From positions 1 to 29,555 of IMG/VR virus record IMGVR_UViG_3300025018_000434: 29,555 nucleotides of DNA, one strand, 5' to 3'. The notes beneath the pieces are model-generated. The model worked only from the letters and a program-made list of their open reading frames with translations. It had not been told where the DNA came from and made no database searches. Of the stretch, positions 9,060-17,486 are shown one piece after another. The position numbers and the translations under genes were made by a program. The DNA is from a virus (lineage: Duplodnaviria; Caudoviricetes). Numbering within the stretch: position 1 is the stretch's first letter; every line of letters starts with the position of its first letter.

Positions 9060-9776
9060 TTAGTTATCTGACCCATAGTCATAATTTACTTCTGCCGCCC
9101 CGACTATGTATTGGCGGTCTTGATTCTTTTTTCTATAGTGTATTTTCATTCTAGCGATGTAGTTTTCTAGGTTAGTTTCAGCATTTGCTTTCTTCTTGTC
9201 GTTTCCAGCTATTTCTAAAAATCTTTCAAAATGGTCTTTAGACGCTCCGTAGCAAAGCCCTTTATGAAATGGTCTGGCAAAAGTCGGTGAGTCAGTTACA
9301 GCGGATAGTTGCGTTGGAAGTTTTTCATACCATATCTTAATTCCTGCGGTGACATTGACGGACGGAGTATTGTAGAGAATCAAGGAATTATCCATTAAGT
9401 CAAAGAAAGGTTCAGAAGACACGAAGTTTTGCCCTCTGGTCGTTGCGTCCGTAGCTTCGCCCACTTCGTTGATGTCCAAGGCTTCAGCTTTGTGCCAAGT
9501 TGTTCCGTCTAAAGTTATTTCCAGCCTTTTAAATTTCAGAATATCCGAGGGAACAATGTATTCGGTTTGTCCTAAGACGATGTCAGCAGTGGCAATTTCA
9601 CCACTAAAATCCCATTCGTCCATTGATTCTAAAATCTCAGTTACGAACAGGTCATAGTAGGCGTTTAAAGACGCGTCCAAATCAGCGTCTGAATAAGTCG
9701 TTGATTCGGTGCTTGTTTGGTATCTGGTTTCTCCCCGCAAACTTTGCCGAGGTAATGAAGCGTTATGGAGGATCAT
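9060..9776 (-). CDS. Head-tail adaptor/stabilisation protein
   Basis: Helical N- and C-termini around a beta core (GQTEY.VPSD...LILY.TP...IWYEK.P...FHKGLCYGA); first gene of the tail block. Confidence 0.65.
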   Translation of the reverse strand: MILHNASLPRQSLRGETRYQTSTESTTYSDADLDASLNAYYDLFVTEILESMDEWDFSGEIATADIVLGQTEYIVPSDILKFKRLEITLDGTTWHKAEALDINEVGEATDATTRGQNFVSSEPFFDLMDNSLILYNTPSVNVTAGIKIWYEKLPTQLSAVTDSPTFARPFHKGLCYGASKDHFERFLEIAGNDKKKANAETNLENYIARMKIHYRKKNQDRQYIVGAAEVNYDYGSDN

Positions 9777-10579
9777 TGGTTTATTCTGTTATCTATTAAA
9801 AAAGTGTTCATTTTCTCGTGAGCGTCAAATCCGTGTTTCTGTTTAAAGTAAGCTCTGTTTTTTATTTCGTCTTCGCTTTGCCTGCCTCTTTCCATATCGG
9901 AAAATCTTGTTGCCCCCTCTTTGTGCCAGTAAGGGACCTTGGGGGTCATAATCAGTCTTTTCTTCATTTGTTTCCAGCGGAGAAATAAGTCAATATCCTC
10001 GTAACCGTTTTGAAATACCTCGTCATACAATCCGCATTCTTCCAATAAAGACTTTCGTATCATATAAAATCCACCTGGGAATAGTCTGTCGCCTGAACTT
10101 CCGCCCTCTGAAACGTAACTTGAATTATACAGGCTTCCGACATTGGTTTTGTACTCGCTAATGTGTCGCCCTTCTACTATTTTATCCATATACCCGTATC
10201 CTCCCAATGCGTCAGCTCCAAACATATCAGCGGTCTTCACAAATTCTTCAAACCATCCCTCATAAACTTCAATATCGTTATTGGCACATACCACCCAGCA
10301 ATCTTCTTTAACATTTTCCAGGATCCAGTTAAATCCCACGTTGCAGTTTTCAGCGAAGCCTTTGTTTTCTTCGTTCCTGATATACACATCTGAAATTTCT
10401 TTCAAAAACTCCGTATCATAAGGGCTGGCGTCATCACAATTAATGATTGTGCAGTCGCAAGTTTCCTTGAATGATTTAATGGCGTTACGTGCTAACTGTG
10501 CGGTCTCCTCAGTGATTATGAAATGGGGGATGACCACAAATAACCGCATACCATTATTGTTTTTTTCTACATTTGCCAT
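9773..10579 (-). CDS. Glycosyltransferase family 2
   Basis: VVIPH, CDDASP, NKGFAENCNVG, ANNDIEV, GLYDEVF..GYEDIDL, WHKEGAT. Alternative start at ATG 10549. Confidence 0.9.
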   Translation of the reverse strand: MANVEKNNNGMRLFVVIPHFIITEETAQLARNAIKSFKETCDCTIINCDDASPYDTEFLKEISDVYIRNEENKGFAENCNVGFNWILENVKEDCWVVCANNDIEVYEGWFEEFVKTADMFGADALGGYGYMDKIVEGRHISEYKTNVGSLYNSSYVSEGGSSGDRLFPGGFYMIRKSLLEECGLYDEVFQNGYEDIDLFLRWKQMKKRLIMTPKVPYWHKEGATRFSDMERGRQSEDEIKNRAYFKQKHGFDAHEKMNTFLIDNRINQ

Positions 10580-11111
10580 ATTCTTTTGTTTTATTATGAC
10601 ATTCTAGGCATAAAGTTACTCCGTTATTTATGTCCCACAATTTTTCATTACAAATTGCTTGTTCTGTATTATTTATTTCATCTTCCTTAATTATTGATGA
10701 TAATTTTTTTATATGATGTGCTTCCAAATAACAACCCCTAGTATTACATGTTTGGCAAGTCCAGTTATCTCTTTGAAAAACATTCGAACGCCACTGCTTC
10801 ATTAAGGATAAGCTTCTTATCGCCGAATTTATTTTTGTAACTCCTCCTTTCCAAAAATTACTTCTGGCGCCTTTTATTATAGGTGGCTTATTTCCAATTT
10901 CTTTTTGTTTTTTACTCATTTTTTCTCTAGTTGCAAGAGACATCTTCTTGCCTAGCCAGTATTTTACTGGATTGTCCTTATGCGCTTGAGAAAGTTTTTT
11001 CTTATGTTCTTCAGAAAATTTTACGCCCTTAACCTTGACCTTTCCTTTTTGAGATAGCGACATTTTTTTTCTAGATTCTAATGAGTGTTTAAATCCTTTG
11101 GGCAATGGCAT
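10554..11111 (-). CDS. NUMOD3-containing HNH homing endonuclease
   Basis: KHSLESRKKMS and FSEEHKKKLS repeats, NFWKGG, RDNWTCQTC...LEAHHIK...NGVTLCLECH. Confidence 0.9.
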   Translation of the reverse strand: MPLPKGFKHSLESRKKMSLSQKGKVKVKGVKFSEEHKKKLSQAHKDNPVKYWLGKKMSLATREKMSKKQKEIGNKPPIIKGARSNFWKGGVTKINSAIRSLSLMKQWRSNVFQRDNWTCQTCNTRGCYLEAHHIKKLSSIIKEDEINNTEQAICNEKLWDINNGVTLCLECHNKTKEYGKCRKKQ

Positions 11112-11116
11112 ATTTT

Positions 11117-12328
11117 TTATAAATTACTATATAGAGTTTCATGTTTTGCTTTCAGTTTATTATTTAAATCAATATTGTTTATAATGTCCTCGCTCATACC
11201 GCCTTTGTGTTTGCGGTAGTAGTATAATACGTCGGTAATTCGTTTTATTTTAGCTCCAGCCTGTGCCATTCTTATCCAAAAATCCCAATCCTCATATCCG
11301 TCAATAAAGCTTTCATCATATCCGCCTATTTTTTCCCACCATTCTTTTTTAAAGGCTGAGCAGGCTATCGGCTTATCACCTTGTAAGATTCCTTCCAGTG
11401 TGATTTCTTCACTCCATTCGCTCGTCGAGTTATGTTCTCCAAACTCCTGATGATTTGTTGTGACCACATCCCAACCGTTATTTAATTCTTGTACAACTCT
11501 ATTTAAATATTCAGGGTGTAGTTTGTCATCAACATCTAGTGGTAAAATATACTTTCCTTTAGCTTTTTTAATCCCGTTGTCTCTCGCTTTCGCTAAATTC
11601 GGCGTGTCGTCTATAATAACTTCAAATTCTCTATATTGTTGTTCGGATAAACTCTGTAAACATTGCGGTAAATACTGTTGATAACTTCCCCAGCACGGGA
11701 TCACAACGCTTATAACTGGATTTTCTGAATACTTTACTTGGCTGAATGTCGTGCCTGAATACTGGTAAGCATAAATCTTATCCTTGCCGTTCCAGTTTCC
11801 ACCAAGCCTATGATTTGGCATAAATATCCAACTCGGTAAAACTTTAATCTTATTAGCAGTCTTTGCCATCACTTCGGTCAGATACTGATTTCCGCAGTCT
11901 ATCCAGGGCTCTCCGATATAGTCTTTTTGCAACAACCCATCAATAATTTCTTTTAAAAACTTGCCCCCTGCTTCCGCTCCAACTATCGGACATAATCTAT
12001 CGGGATAATGCACTTCGTTTTCGTAACAGGTAAAGGGTTCTTCCAGTAAATCGTCAATCGGATTAACGCATTCACTGTCGGCTGGCACTGCCACACCTCC
12101 CATATCGTAAATCGCTTCGTATCTGACAATATCTGCTACGCCGTGATACTTACCTTCCTCCATTAATTTATCAATGTGCTTTCTATTTCTGAACGGATAT
12201 CCGGCTACTTTCTGGTTATCCCATAAAATATATTCCCAATCAGGATGTTTGTCCGTCCAAGATTCCATCCATTTGGATGGTTTTTCTTTTGGTCCGACCC
12301 AGACTTGATGTAATTTATGCGGGATCAT
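11117..12328 (-). CDS. Two-domain glycosyltransferase (GT32/OCH1-like + GT2)
   Basis: MIPHKLHQVWVG...SW..KHPDWEY..W...ADIVRYEAIYDMGG, then ISVVIPCW...ARDNGI..AKGKYILPLDVDD...GGYDE...YEDWDFW. Start chosen at the ATGA overlap with the nitroreductase stop; the ORF track extends to 12352. Confidence 0.88.
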   Translation of the reverse strand: MIPHKLHQVWVGPKEKPSKWMESWTDKHPDWEYILWDNQKVAGYPFRNRKHIDKLMEEGKYHGVADIVRYEAIYDMGGVAVPADSECVNPIDDLLEEPFTCYENEVHYPDRLCPIVGAEAGGKFLKEIIDGLLQKDYIGEPWIDCGNQYLTEVMAKTANKIKVLPSWIFMPNHRLGGNWNGKDKIYAYQYSGTTFSQVKYSENPVISVVIPCWGSYQQYLPQCLQSLSEQQYREFEVIIDDTPNLAKARDNGIKKAKGKYILPLDVDDKLHPEYLNRVVQELNNGWDVVTTNHQEFGEHNSTSEWSEEITLEGILQGDKPIACSAFKKEWWEKIGGYDESFIDGYEDWDFWIRMAQAGAKIKRITDVLYYYRKHKGGMSEDIINNIDLNNKLKAKHETLYSNL

Positions 12329-12861
12329 CGTCCTAATGCCATTGCTCCACAAATCTTGTAACCATCTCTTTCAATTTCTATCCCTTGATGATTGGGGTTT
12401 ACGAAACAACACTTAATATTTAAAACTTCGCAAATCAGATATATATTTTGAGCGATAAATCCGGTGTCGAGATAAGGCATAAAATCAACTTCATTCGGAG
12501 ACTTATACGCCAGCATATCCGCGTAGAACAATAAAACTTTATCTGCCTTATCAATCCATCCCCTACCGCCTACCAATGTTTCAACACCAATCTTACTTTC
12601 AATAACTTGTATGGCTTTTCTATTGCAGGAACTTGGGGCTAACTGTCCAGCTCTCAATATTGCTTTCAGTTCCTCTTTTGATATCTTCCCCGTAAATATC
12701 CTACGACTGTGCCTATTTCTCATTATCTCCAACAAACTTTCCAAATCTTCCTGCCCGTATTCTCCAAACGGCATATCGCGAGCTTCGCCGCACATCAATT
12801 TCTTTTTTCTTTTCTGGTGGGCTAGATACTTTGGTTGATATTTGTCAGTTCGTTGTTCCAT
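12325..12861 (-). CDS. Nitroreductase-family flavoprotein
   Basis: RNRHSRRIF, APSSCNRK, DTGFIAQNIYL...LNIKCC, MALGR. ATG start at 12861; GTG at 12882 is also possible. Confidence 0.85.
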   Translation of the reverse strand: MEQRTDKYQPKYLAHQKRKKKLMCGEARDMPFGEYGQEDLESLLEIMRNRHSRRIFTGKISKEELKAILRAGQLAPSSCNRKAIQVIESKIGVETLVGGRGWIDKADKVLLFYADMLAYKSPNEVDFMPYLDTGFIAQNIYLICEVLNIKCCFVNPNHQGIEIERDGYKICGAMALGR

Positions 12862-15128
12862 TGTGAGGTCACGCTTAACCAATTATATTCATCTTCAACT
12901 TTTTGGCTGACATCTCCCGCTTTCCACTTAAAAATTGCCTCAACATACTTATCTCTATTTTCCGTGTCTCCAAAAGTGCTTTCAGTTTCCCATTTCTTGC
13001 CGTCAGTGTGGACACATTTGGTCTTGACTGTTTCTTTCAATGCCGCGAAATCACTTGTGACCATCATACATTCAGCTAGTTGAGCTTTAACTGCCGAAAT
13101 ACAATGAATTTCCATAAACTGAGTAGGGTACAAGAATATGCCAGCTTCCAGATATTTCTTGGCGATTTCCTTATGTCCTATCATCATCCCTCCCTCAGCC
13201 CGTCCTTCTTTTACTAACTTGTTAAATCTTTCCATTTGCTTAACTTTCCAGTCTTTCATTTCGTTATTCTGTTCATGGACATCATCATATACTCCCCATC
13301 CGTAATACCAAGCTAGTTTCCAAGGTTTTTTCGGTTCTCGTCTTATCAATTCTTCAAAAATATCCAGCGTGGCTTCTAAATGTCTATCCGGGCTACTCGT
13401 ATTTAAAATCAGGTATGGATTCTTTTTTACTTTTCCTTTGAATAATGTGGGGTCGATTCCATTCGGTATCACCACTTGTTGCTCAACATTCGGGAAAAGT
13501 ATCTTATGAGCTTCGGTTTTAACAAACACTTTATCAATCTTTGCCAATCTTTCGGGAGTAAATTCTTCATTGCTGATGACGTCGTGCAAATCTATAACTA
13601 CTTTTCCTTTTAAATCATAATCAACTGACCTAGGGCTTCTCCAAAGAATAGTCACATCTTGATTGTCTCTCACATTGTATTCCCAAAATGGTCTGTACTT
13701 TACGCCGTCCCATTCTCCTCCTTTACCGCAGTTGTTGTAAACTGTGACATTCCAGCCGTATTTCGCCAGTTCCTTTGATAGGTTGATAACAGCTTCTTCA
13801 CTTCCACCAACTCCTTTGGTGTTAGCTATTTCAGGATTCCATATCTTTGTCGTATAACCGCAGTAATAAACTAAGTCTTTACCACTAGTCTTTTCTTTGA
13901 CAAAGTTCTGGTTCTTGAAATAACAAATCTGGGGGTGACTCTTTACTTTTTCGGGTAACTTATCTAAAAATTTCTTTAATTCTTTTTTATCTTTAATCTT
14001 TTGGGCTTCTTTTAAATATTTATCAGCGTCTAACAGTTCGCCTAGTTCTTCTTTGAGTAGCTTCTGTTTTCTTTGAACATCCTTGTCGTCAGGAAACATC
14101 TTAGCCATCTCTCCTATAATCTCAACTGCTTTGGAGGTTTTACCTAGTTTCCAATAGCATTTTAACATCAGCATTAGCGGGTTGTAGTCGTAATCCCTCG
14201 GGTTGTGAACCATTATAGTCATCTCAGGGATAGGCAGTTGTAAACCGATTTCAATCAATTCAATGGCTGTCTGAAACTTACCAGCGTCATATTTAATCTC
14301 AGCTAATTTAAAATATGCGTTCGGATAGTTTGGTCTGATGGAGAATGCTCGTAACGCCGACAACTCATCTTTTTTTAAATCTGCTAATACAATGTTAGCA
14401 ATATACTTTTCTTCATCTGAGTAACTTTCTATAATAAACTTCTCGAAATATTCAATCGCTTTGTCTTTGATTCCGTTTCCCCAATAAGCATTGGCTACTA
14501 GCCAAGTGCTTCGAGGGTCGTTAGGATTTCTTTTTTCTTCCGCTAGAGCTATTTCTAAATTTCTCTTGATACTGTCTCCGGCTCTTTTTTCATCTGTAAG
14601 GTGTAAAATTTCTATGTCTTTGCAAAAATACGATTCCAACTCTCTTTTTTGTTCAAAATCTTCATGGACTGCTCCCACCCATTCAACACTTCCACGCCTT
14701 ACTACCCTTGTTTTTAGGTGTTTTACAGTACATTCTTTCTTCTCATTGAAATCATACAGATAATTCATCACTGCTATGTCTATTTTACCATTTTCCATCG
14801 TCTTTGTCAAAGTTTTCAGCTTATCAGCTCCTTTGCAAATATCATCTGCATCATTCCAGCCGATAAATTCATAATCTTCTGTCACTTGGTTAAAATTGAA
14901 ATTTCTAGCCTTAGCAAAATCCTTTTCCCACTTAAAAAAGGATTCCACGCCGTTATATTTTTTTATAACAGCTGACACCTTTTTATTTATACTTTCACCT
15001 GCCTGTGTGATAAAAAACTTATCCACATTGCCATTTAAATAGCTAAGATTTCTATTTAACAAAATAGCCTCTCTATCAGTAGGTTTTACTATCAAGCACC
15101 AAGCAAGTTTTGGAATTTTGTTATCCAT
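12822..15128 (-). CDS. Multidomain glycosyltransferase: GT2-like + TPR + GT-B (GT4-like)
   Basis: WEKDFAKARNF...WNDADD...WVGAVHE (GT-A), central TPR-like helices, then GVGGSEEAVINLSKEL...VIPNGID...SSPDR...FLYPTQFMEIHCISAVKAQ (GT-B). Confidence 0.88.
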   Translation of the reverse strand: MDNKIPKLAWCLIVKPTDREAILLNRNLSYLNGNVDKFFITQAGESINKKVSAVIKKYNGVESFFKWEKDFAKARNFNFNQVTEDYEFIGWNDADDICKGADKLKTLTKTMENGKIDIAVMNYLYDFNEKKECTVKHLKTRVVRRGSVEWVGAVHEDFEQKRELESYFCKDIEILHLTDEKRAGDSIKRNLEIALAEEKRNPNDPRSTWLVANAYWGNGIKDKAIEYFEKFIIESYSDEEKYIANIVLADLKKDELSALRAFSIRPNYPNAYFKLAEIKYDAGKFQTAIELIEIGLQLPIPEMTIMVHNPRDYDYNPLMLMLKCYWKLGKTSKAVEIIGEMAKMFPDDKDVQRKQKLLKEELGELLDADKYLKEAQKIKDKKELKKFLDKLPEKVKSHPQICYFKNQNFVKEKTSGKDLVYYCGYTTKIWNPEIANTKGVGGSEEAVINLSKELAKYGWNVTVYNNCGKGGEWDGVKYRPFWEYNVRDNQDVTILWRSPRSVDYDLKGKVVIDLHDVISNEEFTPERLAKIDKVFVKTEAHKILFPNVEQQVVIPNGIDPTLFKGKVKKNPYLILNTSSPDRHLEATLDIFEELIRREPKKPWKLAWYYGWGVYDDVHEQNNEMKDWKVKQMERFNKLVKEGRAEGGMMIGHKEIAKKYLEAGIFLYPTQFMEIHCISAVKAQLAECMMVTSDFAALKETVKTKCVHTDGKKWETESTFGDTENRDKYVEAIFKWKAGDVSQKVEDEYNWLSVTSQWNNELTNINQSI

Positions 15129-15723
15129 AGTTCTCTATTACTATTAGCCTTTGAATTACACCTCTTACAAAGAGTTATCAGATTTTTGTGACCGCAATTA
15201 AATTTATCGTAATCAATATGGTGGATTGTTAACCCTCTCCCGATGCTTTCATTTTTCTTGTATAATTCCTCCGTTATTCCGCATTCCATACAGACATATC
15301 CATCTCTTTCTTTAATTTCTTCCCTTAGTTTTTTGTTAAACTCGCTACTATAAGGTAAATAACTTTTTCCTCCTTTCCAGTTATGATTTTCATCCCCAAA
15401 CAATGAATGCCTTTCCCTTATTTTTTTACCTTTCTCTTCTCCATATATTTGCTCTAATGTTTTTCCTTTTTTTTTTTGTTTATTTTAACAAAGTGTTTTC
15501 TTCCATGAGCTACAACCTTTTCGTTATTTTTGTGAGATTCAGACATTTTTTCTTTATGCACATCTGTCCTTCTATAAGGAGGATAATATTTAAACTTTAT
15601 TTTTGCACTACACTTCCTTGAACATCCCTTTCTACTTTCCCAATAGCTATCACAACTCTTAAACCGCAAATTTGGAGTTCTAACAAATATTTTTCCACAA
15701 TTTTCGCATTTTTTTTTATCCAT
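15092..15723 (-). pseudogene. Zn-finger/NUMOD3-like HNH endonuclease split by one frameshift at an A11 run (ORFs 15454-15723 and 15092-15403)
   Basis: The upstream part has CENCGKIF...CSRKCS and KEKMSESHK. The -1 frame after the A-run reads GKTLEQIYGEEKGKKIRERHSLFGDENHNWKGG...RDGYVCMECG...IHHIDYDK.N...NLITLCKRCN. Confidence 0.8.
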
Positions 15724-15729
15724 ACTACC

Positions 15730-15758
15730 ATTTTATATTATGGATAGATACAAGTCAA
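15730..15758 (-). promoter_or_regulatory. sigma70-type promoter, leaderless transcript for the HNH gene and downstream GT cassette
   Basis: TTGACT-17 bp-TAAAAT, ending 6 nt before ATG 15723. Confidence 0.65.
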
Positions 15759-15768
15759 GGAGCGACAT

Positions 15769-16071
15769 CTAGTAAGAATGAGGTAATAAAAACTCTTTGT
15801 GCTTTTTAATAAACCATTTCATTTCACCTTTCGGGTCAAGGAATTTAGGCTCATCAACTCCGTTCAAAACATAGGTGATAACTCCCATCAGCTTATCGGG
15901 AATTGATACGGCATTTCTCATTTCACTTGTGCCTTGGACTTTAGCGTGTTTTTGGTCTTTCATTTCCTTTCTACGTTGTTCCATAAGTTCTAAAAATGAC
16001 TTGTACTCGTCTTTGTAGTCTTTTTTGTACTTGGACACCATATCGGTGATGAATTGCTGTCTAGTTGTCAT
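15769..16071 (-). CDS. Hypothetical protein coupled to the chaperonin gene
   Basis: 100 aa, basic and helical-looking; overlaps the GroEL-like stop by 11 nt. Confidence 0.7.
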   Translation of the reverse strand: MTTRQQFITDMVSKYKKDYKDEYKSFLELMEQRRKEMKDQKHAKVQGTSEMRNAVSIPDKLMGVITYVLNGVDEPKFLDPKGEMKWFIKKHKEFLLPHSY

Positions 16072-17407
16072 CTGATTCTTGTATCAATGCAGACTCAACC
16101 ATCAGAATACTGGTCGCTGTTGACATCGCATTTAATAATGAGAATTTAATCGTTTTGTAGGAGTCAATCATTGTTTCAGGCACTTCCAGTTCATCCACCC
16201 CAGCATTATCACAAATCTGTCTATATGGGACTTCGCATATCCTTTGCATAACCTCGCTTGAATTGCTACAAGCCTCGTGGAGAGCTTTTCCTGCTCCGTT
16301 GGTATATCCGAGTTCATAAGCTCCTTTGACTGCTCCTAGGGCATCTTCGACTTTTTTGACTGCCTCTGTTCGAGCCACATCGGTGTTCTTCCCGACTCGA
16401 ATGACTGCAATTTTACCTTTCAGTTGAGCGATTCGCTTTTCTAGGTTTTCTTTCTCGTAGGTTGATTCTTCCGTGGCTAGTTTAGCCTCTAACGCTTCTA
16501 TCCTTTTCAAGGCATCCCCATTTCCACCAATCAAAGTAACGCTGTCTTGCGTGATGATAGCTTTTTCAACCTTATCCCCTGCGTATTCTTTGACATCATC
16601 CATTGGGCTGAACATTTTATACTCAATCGGGATAATATTGAAATCTCGAGTTGCCATTATTGAGATAAGAATCGGTCTTGAAAAACTGTTGGCGATTACA
16701 AGCAAGTTTTTTTCTCCTGCTTGACTAGATTTGGCGACTGCTTGTTGGATTTCTTCTAGTGTTTCCGCCTTGTCTAAAACTAGAACACTACAATCCTCAA
16801 TAATTTGCTTTTCTTCGCTAAGTTTATCGGCTTTCTTACTATCGAACCTCATTCCTTTGGTAATTTCTTTCTCCAAAACATCCCTCGAGGTTTCCTCGAT
16901 TGAAATTTGAGCGTCTTTGCCGAGTTCAGCGTAGATTTCTTGAACTATTTTAGCTACATCTTTATCCAAACTAGAGGTCAAAGCTAAATTATAGACATCA
17001 TCCATTGTTTCAATCTGCTTAACTGGAATTTTAGCTAGAATCTCGTTAGCTTCCTTAAACAAATTCTCTCTAATTTCTCTCGGGCTTCCTACAGGAAAAT
17101 CAGTGATAATCTCATTTAATATAGATTGTAAAAGTACTAGCGTGGTAGTCGTTCCGTCGTTGCAATCCTCGTCTGTCTGGTTGGCACACTGTTTAGCGAG
17201 TTGAATCCCTGCTTGCTCTATCTCATCTTTAGCATTTACTTCTCTAGCGATTGATACTCCGTCGTTGATAATCTCCGTTGATACTCCGTTATAAATCAAG
17301 ACATTTCTGCCTTGCCCGCCCATTGATACCTTGACGACATCAACGCACTTATCAATTCCTTTTTTAATTCTCTGTCTGGCATCGTTGCCAAATAATATTT
17401 TTTTCAT
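16061..17407 (-). CDS. groEL: Phage-encoded GroEL-like chaperonin (shortened, ~448 aa)
   Basis: KKILFGNDARQRIKKG...VKVSMGGQGRNVLI...INDGVSIAREV...NDGTTTT...GMRFD...LEKRIAQL.G.IAVIRVG...VEDAL...IDSYK....L.NA.S.A. Start placed at ATG 17407; the ORF track extends to TTG 17458. Confidence 0.92.
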   Translation of the reverse strand: MKKILFGNDARQRIKKGIDKCVDVVKVSMGGQGRNVLIYNGVSTEIINDGVSIAREVNAKDEIEQAGIQLAKQCANQTDEDCNDGTTTTLVLLQSILNEIITDFPVGSPREIRENLFKEANEILAKIPVKQIETMDDVYNLALTSSLDKDVAKIVQEIYAELGKDAQISIEETSRDVLEKEITKGMRFDSKKADKLSEEKQIIEDCSVLVLDKAETLEEIQQAVAKSSQAGEKNLLVIANSFSRPILISIMATRDFNIIPIEYKMFSPMDDVKEYAGDKVEKAIITQDSVTLIGGNGDALKRIEALEAKLATEESTYEKENLEKRIAQLKGKIAVIRVGKNTDVARTEAVKKVEDALGAVKGAYELGYTNGAGKALHEACSNSSEVMQRICEVPYRQICDNAGVDELEVPETMIDSYKTIKFSLLNAMSTATSILMVESALIQESDDN

Positions 17408-17417
17408 TGCTTTCAAA

Positions 17418-17454
17418 CCTTCGGGAAAATCGGTCTGAACTGATTTCCCGAGGA
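17418..17454 (-). terminator. Hairpin after the major capsid gene (partial terminator or stabiliser)
   Basis: CCTCGGGAAATCAGT-TCAG-ACCGATTTTCCCGAAGG is an imperfect inverted repeat followed only by a short TTT. Confidence 0.55.
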
Positions 17455-17486
17455 ACAATTATATAAATTATAATGTTTAATTTAGA

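Noticed and set aside
15769-16071. 100-aa ORF next to groEL as a GroES
   Set aside because: The size fits, but it has no PL.DRV or mobile-loop motif and looks helical rather than beta-barrel.
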